A stretch of 64,000 nucleotides of DNA from Planctomycetota bacterium (lineage in GTDB: Bacteria; Planctomycetota; JAJSAM01; JAJVHW01), in assembly GCA_965248445.1 (NCBI GenBank), contig CBDFJG010000002.1, positions 448,001 through 512,000 of the forward strand. Direction: 5' to 3'. The notes under the pieces were generated by a model that was not told the origin of the DNA, made no database searches, and worked only from the letters and a program-made list of their open reading frames with translations. Shown one piece after another: positions 57,442-64,000 of the stretch. The position numbers and the translations under genes were made by a program. Each line of letters starts with the position of its first letter. Position 1 is the first letter of the stretch.

Positions 57442-58668
57442 CTACCCGGGCTGGGCAACGACGAGTCGCGCGAAGCGGCGCTTGCCGACGCGCAGGATCG
57501 TGCCGTCCGCGGGGGTCACCGTCGTGTCGGCACTCGTCTGGCGCTCACCGTCGATGCTCACTGCACTCTGCTTGACGAGTCGCCGCGCTTCGCCCCGGCT
57601 CTTGGCCAACGCCGGGGGATCCATCGTCAGGAGATCCACGAGCTGGATGCCGTCTGCGGGCACCGCAATCTCCGGCATGTCCTTCGGCACCCCGCCATCG
57701 GCGAACACGCGGCGGAAGTTCTCGGCTGCCGCGTCGGCTGCTGCGGCGCCCCAGTAGCGCGTGATGACGCCCTTCGCCATCGCTTCCTTGGCGATCCGGG
57801 GATGCGTCTTCTCTGCATCGGTCAGCACGGGCAGCTGGCTCTCCGGCACGTCCGTGAAGTGCTCGAGCCACACGCCGATCATGGTGTCGGGCACGCTCAT
57901 GCACTTTCCGAACTGCTCGTCGGCGCTCTCGGTGATGCCAACGTAGTTCCCCGCCGACTTCGACATCTTCTTCACGCCGTCTGTGCCGGGAACCAGTGGG
58001 TTGACCACGATGGCCTGGGGCGACATCTCGGCGCCGCGCTGGAAGTCCCGCCCCACCAGCAGGTTGAAGCGCTGGTCCGATCCGCCGAGTTCGACGTCCG
58101 CGCGAACGACGACGGAGTCGTGACCCTGCATCAGCGGATACAGGAACTCGTGCACCGAGATGGGCGTCTGCTCGCGATAGCGCTTCTCGAAGTCGTCGCG
58201 CTCGAGCATCTGAGCCACGGTCATCTGCCCCGCCATCCGCATGACGTCCATGAACGACATCTCTGCGAACCACTCAGAGTTCCGGCGCACCTCCAGCCGC
58301 TCGGTCAGCAGGATGCGGTCGAGCTGATCGACATAGGTCTGCGCGAACGCATCGACCTCGTCACCCGAGAGCGTCGGACGCAGCTTGTTGCGGCCGGACG
58401 GGTCCCCGACGCGCGCCGTGTAGTCCCCGATGATCAGCACGGCGACGTGCCCCATCTCCTGGAACGCGCGGAGCTTCCAGAGCGGAACGGCGTTGCCGAG
58501 CGTGATGTCCGGAGCGGTCGGATCGACGCCCAGCTTCACGCGCAGGGGCGTGCCGGTCTTGCGGCTCTTCTCGAGCTTCGCCACGAGCTCGTCCTCCGGG
58601 AACACCTCGGAGGCGCCCCGGCGGATGCGGCGCATCTGCTCGTCGACGGGCGGGAACGGGCTCGACAT
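57442..58668 (-). CDS. tyrS: Tyrosyl-tRNA synthetase
   Basis: KLGVDPTAPDITLGN, GDPSG, YPLMQGHD, GGSDQ and KMSKS motifs, C-terminal S4 domain. Confidence 0.96.
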   Translation of the reverse strand: MSSPFPPVDEQMRRIRRGASEVFPEDELVAKLEKSRKTGTPLRVKLGVDPTAPDITLGNAVPLWKLRAFQEMGHVAVLIIGDYTARVGDPSGRNKLRPTLSGDEVDAFAQTYVDQLDRILLTERLEVRRNSEWFAEMSFMDVMRMAGQMTVAQMLERDDFEKRYREQTPISVHEFLYPLMQGHDSVVVRADVELGGSDQRFNLLVGRDFQRGAEMSPQAIVVNPLVPGTDGVKKMSKSAGNYVGITESADEQFGKCMSVPDTMIGVWLEHFTDVPESQLPVLTDAEKTHPRIAKEAMAKGVITRYWGAAAADAAAENFRRVFADGGVPKDMPEIAVPADGIQLVDLLTMDPPALAKSRGEARRLVKQSAVSIDGERQTSADTTVTPADGTILRVGKRRFARLVVAQPG

Positions 58669-58716
58669 GGCGGTAGAGGGTAGCGAAGACTGCGTCAGGC
58701 GCCCGTTTCGCCAGCG

Positions 58717-59484
58717 CTACACTTGTACCGCGAGAACTGCAACCATCCAGAGCAGTCCCCCGGCAAGACCGATGCAGACTGCGACGACCCACGCGACGCG
58801 CGCGCGCCGCGCGTTGGTCTCGGCCTCGTGGATCCGGCCGGCGGAGAAGTGACTCGTCGCCTGCACCGAGAACACGATGGCCACGATGCCGAGGGGCCAG
58901 CAGCCGCAGCACACCGTCGCCAGGATGGCGGGGATCAGCTCCGCCTTGCCGGGGTCGCGCGACGTGGCGACGTGCGGTGTCCCGGGTCGCCGCGGCGCCT
59001 GACCGGCCTGTACGCCCAGCGCGTCGTCGCGGGGCATCGGGCCGGCGATGCCTTGCGCCACCGCCGAGGCCTCGCTGCGGCACGCCGACACCACGTCGTT
59101 CAGATCCGAGAGAACCTCCTCGAACTCCGGCACCGAGACGTCGGACGAGAGGAACGTCCGGCGCAAGACCGCCGTGCGGTCCGCGGGCGACCAGGTGGTC
59201 GTCATGCGCCAGTCGATCGCCTTCGCAGCCGTTGCGATCCGCGGGCGCATGTTTCCGAGTTGCCTCGCCGACAGCTCGTCGACGGACGTCCCGGTGAACG
59301 GACTGAACGAGCGCAGGAATTCGATCTCGATCCCGTCGCCGGAGAGCCGGACGTACGTGTCGTCCTGATCGTCGTCCGACGAGGTCAGCCGCCACTCGAG
59401 CGCATCGTGACCCGATCGCAGGACGTCGAGTCCCGTGCGGCGCGCCGCCTGCTCGACCAGCGGTGCGAGATCTTGCTCGTTCAC
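58717..59484 (-). CDS. CD225/dispanin-family protein with extra N-terminal domain
   Basis: C-terminal AILATVCCGCWPLGIVAIVFS...G...EA...ARRAR plus TM. Confidence 0.8.
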   Translation of the reverse strand: MNEQDLAPLVEQAARRTGLDVLRSGHDALEWRLTSSDDDQDDTYVRLSGDGIEIEFLRSFSPFTGTSVDELSARQLGNMRPRIATAAKAIDWRMTTTWSPADRTAVLRRTFLSSDVSVPEFEEVLSDLNDVVSACRSEASAVAQGIAGPMPRDDALGVQAGQAPRRPGTPHVATSRDPGKAELIPAILATVCCGCWPLGIVAIVFSVQATSHFSAGRIHEAETNARRARVAWVVAVCIGLAGGLLWMVAVLAVQV

Positions 59485-60446
59485 CGCGCGTCGGGACCGG
59501 CCAGACGCTCGGCCGTCGCGTCCAGGACGAACGCGAGCGGCGGATCGTGCTCCGCGGCGTCGCGCAGGAGTTGGAGGGCCAGCCGACGTTCGTCGGGAGA
59601 GAGAAGCTCGGCGGCGGTGACGATGTGCGGCGGGGACCGCTTGCGGATCGCCTCGGCGAGCGAGTCGAGCGGGCTCTCTGCGAGCGCCTCGTAGCCCTGC
59701 ATCAGCACGCGCACGGTCGCGGGCTGGAGCGGCAACGCGTCGTACAGCTCCGTCGCCCCGACGCGCACCGAGATCGGGCGCAGATGACCTGCGATCCGGA
59801 GCACGCTGAAGCCGATGTGCGCAAGTTGCGTGCGGTCGCCGTCGATCGTCGCCGCGAGGTCCCGCGACTCTCCGGGCAACAGTCGCAGGTCCTCTTCGAG
59901 CGGGATGCGCAGCGAGAACTCGGTCTCGCGCACGTTCCCGTAGATGTCGCGGTCCTCTCGCACGACGTCGAGCACGACGAGGGCGTTCGACGAGTTCTTG
60001 GCCTTCGCGGGGATCGTGATCGGCGCCGCGGCCACGTTGCGCACGCGGATCCGCAGATCGATTGCCTCGCCGTCGGCAACCGCGTCACGCCCGGGAACCA
60101 CGGCGAGACGCAACACCTCCTCCTCAAGAAGTGCGTCCCGCGCTTGGGTGCGAATCGCGCGCAGGTCCTTGTCGATGTCGTCCGGCGGATTCCCGCGCAG
60201 CCCGCGCCCCGCTGCGGCGAGCGCCGCCAGAGCGTCGCCCTCGCCGAGCGCGTAGCGGGCTTCGGCCAGCGCACCGAGTGCCAGTGCCTCCGCCTCGTCT
60301 TCGCCGCCGCCGCCCGTAACCACCCTGCCGGACCGCGGTGTGCTCTTGTCGTCGCCGTCGAACACCGCACAACCCTGGAGCGGCAGCAGCGAGAAGACGA
60401 GCAGAAGGGCCGCGGCGGCTGCCGCGACCCTTCCCGTGTTCTTCAT
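59481..60446 (-). CDS. Hypothetical lipoprotein
   Basis: Lipobox LQGC after a hydrophobic stretch. Stop overlaps the next start. Alternative start at 60485. Confidence 0.7.
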   Translation of the reverse strand: MKNTGRVAAAAAALLLVFSLLPLQGCAVFDGDDKSTPRSGRVVTGGGGEDEAEALALGALAEARYALGEGDALAALAAAGRGLRGNPPDDIDKDLRAIRTQARDALLEEEVLRLAVVPGRDAVADGEAIDLRIRVRNVAAAPITIPAKAKNSSNALVVLDVVREDRDIYGNVRETEFSLRIPLEEDLRLLPGESRDLAATIDGDRTQLAHIGFSVLRIAGHLRPISVRVGATELYDALPLQPATVRVLMQGYEALAESPLDSLAEAIRKRSPPHIVTAAELLSPDERRLALQLLRDAAEHDPPLAFVLDATAERLAGPDAR

Positions 60447-60498
60447 GAGCGGGCGATGCACCGCAGTCTTCGTCACGTCGTGCATGGTGCCGTCGGTG

Positions 60499-62190
<1,692 letters not shown>

Positions 62191-62340
62191 CTGTTGCGGT
62201 CCCTCCCGGGACCCGGCCCGACGATTGTCGAGCTCGATCATGCGACGGTCACGCCCGCTCAGCAGCTACTTGCGCTGAACGGTCTGCGTTGGGTTGCAGT
62301 TTCAGTTCGGCCGCCCCTCACCGTGAGGAGCTGTCACCGT

Positions 62341-63006
62341 TCACCCCGCAGCGGCCGCGCCGTCGCCGGCCGTCTCGCCGCGGAGTACGAGGACACGCGA
62401 CCGTAGATCGGTCGCGATGTCCTCGGCGGTGGTCGTCTCGTCGTATGTCACCGGCTCCCCGAACGTCACGCGTACGGGTCCGCCGAAGATGCGCGGTATG
62501 CAGCGTCCCTTCGCCCACAGACTGTGCGCTCCCTCGATCGACACCGGCACGACGGGGCACCCCGTCGCGCGAGCGATCATCCCGACGCCGCGCCGGAAGC
62601 GCTGGAGCCCTCCGTCCTGCGAGCGCGTGCCCTCGGGAAAGATCAGCACCACCTGACCGGAGCCGAGCAGCTCGCTCGACACGCGCAGGGTGTCCCGCGC
62701 CCCTCCACCGTCGCGGCGGATGGCGACCGCGCCGACGTACCGCAGGAAGCGCCCGTGAAGCTTGAGCGTGCCGCGCGGTCCGAAGAGCGTGTCGCGTGCC
62801 AGATAGCGCACCCAGCGCCGCACTGACGTCCCGACCAGGATCGGGTCGAGCACGGACGAGTGCGAGACGGCGAGGAGCACCGGCCCCTTGCGCGGCACGT
62901 TTGTCCCGCCATACGCGTTCACGCCCCAGAGCACGCGCGAGACGAGCCAAAGGGCGCGCCGGATGCAGCTATACGTCGCGCGCCGGAGCAGCGGTTCCAC
63001 TCCCAT
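62341..63006 (-). CDS. plsC: 1-acyl-sn-glycerol-3-phosphate acyltransferase (PlsC-like)
   Basis: SHSSVLDP (HxxxxD), IFPEGTRS and PVVPV motifs. Confidence 0.88.
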   Translation of the reverse strand: MGVEPLLRRATYSCIRRALWLVSRVLWGVNAYGGTNVPRKGPVLLAVSHSSVLDPILVGTSVRRWVRYLARDTLFGPRGTLKLHGRFLRYVGAVAIRRDGGGARDTLRVSSELLGSGQVVLIFPEGTRSQDGGLQRFRRGVGMIARATGCPVVPVSIEGAHSLWAKGRCIPRIFGGPVRVTFGEPVTYDETTTAEDIATDLRSRVLVLRGETAGDGAAAAG

Positions 63007-63667
63007 TGTTCTCCCGCAGGAGCCGCGCCCGCACCGCCGTCACGATCCGCTCCACGACCTGGTCGATCGAGAGTCCCGTGGTGTCGACGCGCAGTGCGTC
63101 GTCCGCTGCGCGCAAGGGTGCGACCTTGCGATCGCTGTCCTTTCGGTCACGATCGGTGAGGTCGGCCAACACACGCGCAACGTCCGCGTCGCCCTGTTCC
63201 AGGGCCCGGCGGCGTGCGCGCTCCTCGGGCGCGGCGTCGAGGTAGATCTTCACGTCGGCGTCGGGGAAGACGACCGTTCCGATGTCACGTCCTTCCGCGA
63301 CGACACCGCCACCGTCGGCGACGGCCCGCTGTCGCGGGACCATCGCCGCGCGCACGCGGGGCAACGCGGCCACCGTGGATACCGCCTTCGAAACGGCGGG
63401 GCCACGGATCTCCTCGCTCACGTCCTCGCCGGAGAGCGTCAGTCGCACACCCCGCTCCGTTACGCGGAGCGCGGGCTCGAACGACTCCGCCAAACCGGAG
63501 AGAGCGTCCTCGTCCCCCGGGTCGAACCCGGCGCGCAACGCGAGGAGGGTGACGCCCCGGTACAGCGCTCCCGTGTCGAGGAAGCGATACCCGAGGCTGT
63601 CCGCCACGCGGCGTGCAACCGTGCTCTTGCCGGCGCCGGCAGGTCCGTCGATGGCGATGACGAGCAT
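62969..63667 (-). CDS. cmk: Cytidylate kinase domain
   Basis: IAIDGPAGAGKST, LDTGALYR, VAEGRDIGTVVFPDA and RDRKDSDR.VAPL motifs. Confidence 0.95.
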   Translation of the reverse strand: MLVIAIDGPAGAGKSTVARRVADSLGYRFLDTGALYRGVTLLALRAGFDPGDEDALSGLAESFEPALRVTERGVRLTLSGEDVSEEIRGPAVSKAVSTVAALPRVRAAMVPRQRAVADGGGVVAEGRDIGTVVFPDADVKIYLDAAPEERARRRALEQGDADVARVLADLTDRDRKDSDRKVAPLRAADDALRVDTTGLSIDQVVERIVTAVRARLLRENNGSGTAAPARDV

Positions 63668-64000
63668 CTGTCCGTCAGGACCTCCGGCCGGTTCGAGGCG
63701 CGAACCGGGCAAGGTACCCGTGGCCGCACCGGGCTTCCCCGCCAATTCGGAGCCCCACCAGAGCATCCGGGCGCCCTGTTCGTCGACGACCGCATAGGAG
63801 CCCCGGTCCTCCCAGGAGGAGAGCACGATCACGTCCCGCAGGGTGCCCTCGACCTCGATTCGGTGGCAGCGGCCCCAGTGCACATGTCCGCAGATCAGGA
63901 CGTCGGCCTCGTGGGCGCGCAGCAGCCCCGCCACCGCCGGCGGGTAGAGCCCCATGTCGCCGTACGCCTTGCGCGAGGTCTCGAGCCTGCTGCCCGCGCG
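63668..64000 (-). CDS. C-terminal part of a metallophosphoesterase (LpxH-like), in frame with cmk, starts beyond window
   Basis: ADVLICGHVH...VIVLSSW....SY motif. No stop codon between 64000 and the cmk ATG. Confidence 0.7.

Overview
High-GC (about 70% by eye) bacterial chromosome segment, most likely a Planctomycetota/PVC member. This is inferred from a Minf_1886-type gene, paired CRTAC1/ASPIC-UnbV proteins, many HEAT/TPR exported proteins and an LpxH-like domain. The backbone carries tmk, holB, a dapL-like aminotransferase, ald, dxr-rseP, tyrS, rpsA, plsC, cmk, tRNA-Sec and tRNA-Val(GAC). Mobile DNA consists of three near-identical copies of a minimal 1.5-kb IS66-family element (one with a perfect 8-bp TSD), plus an IS3 element and an IS1380 remnant inside a decayed island downstream of tRNA-Sec. 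The most notable loci are: a 7-gene operon (two CRTAC1-like lipoproteins, a Cys-motif membrane protein, a NosL-like protein, a small Cys-rich protein and a LolCDE/FtsX-type ABC transporter); a partner-switching/sigma54/two-component operon with an unannotated 39-aa ORF and an activator frameshifted by an exact 8-bp duplication that resembles an IS66 footprint; a PafBC-like WYL pair outside Actinobacteria; a DnaA-box cluster upstream of tmk-holB; and an in-frame LpxH-like/Cmk fusion. All family calls come from motif recognition by eye, with no database searches run.
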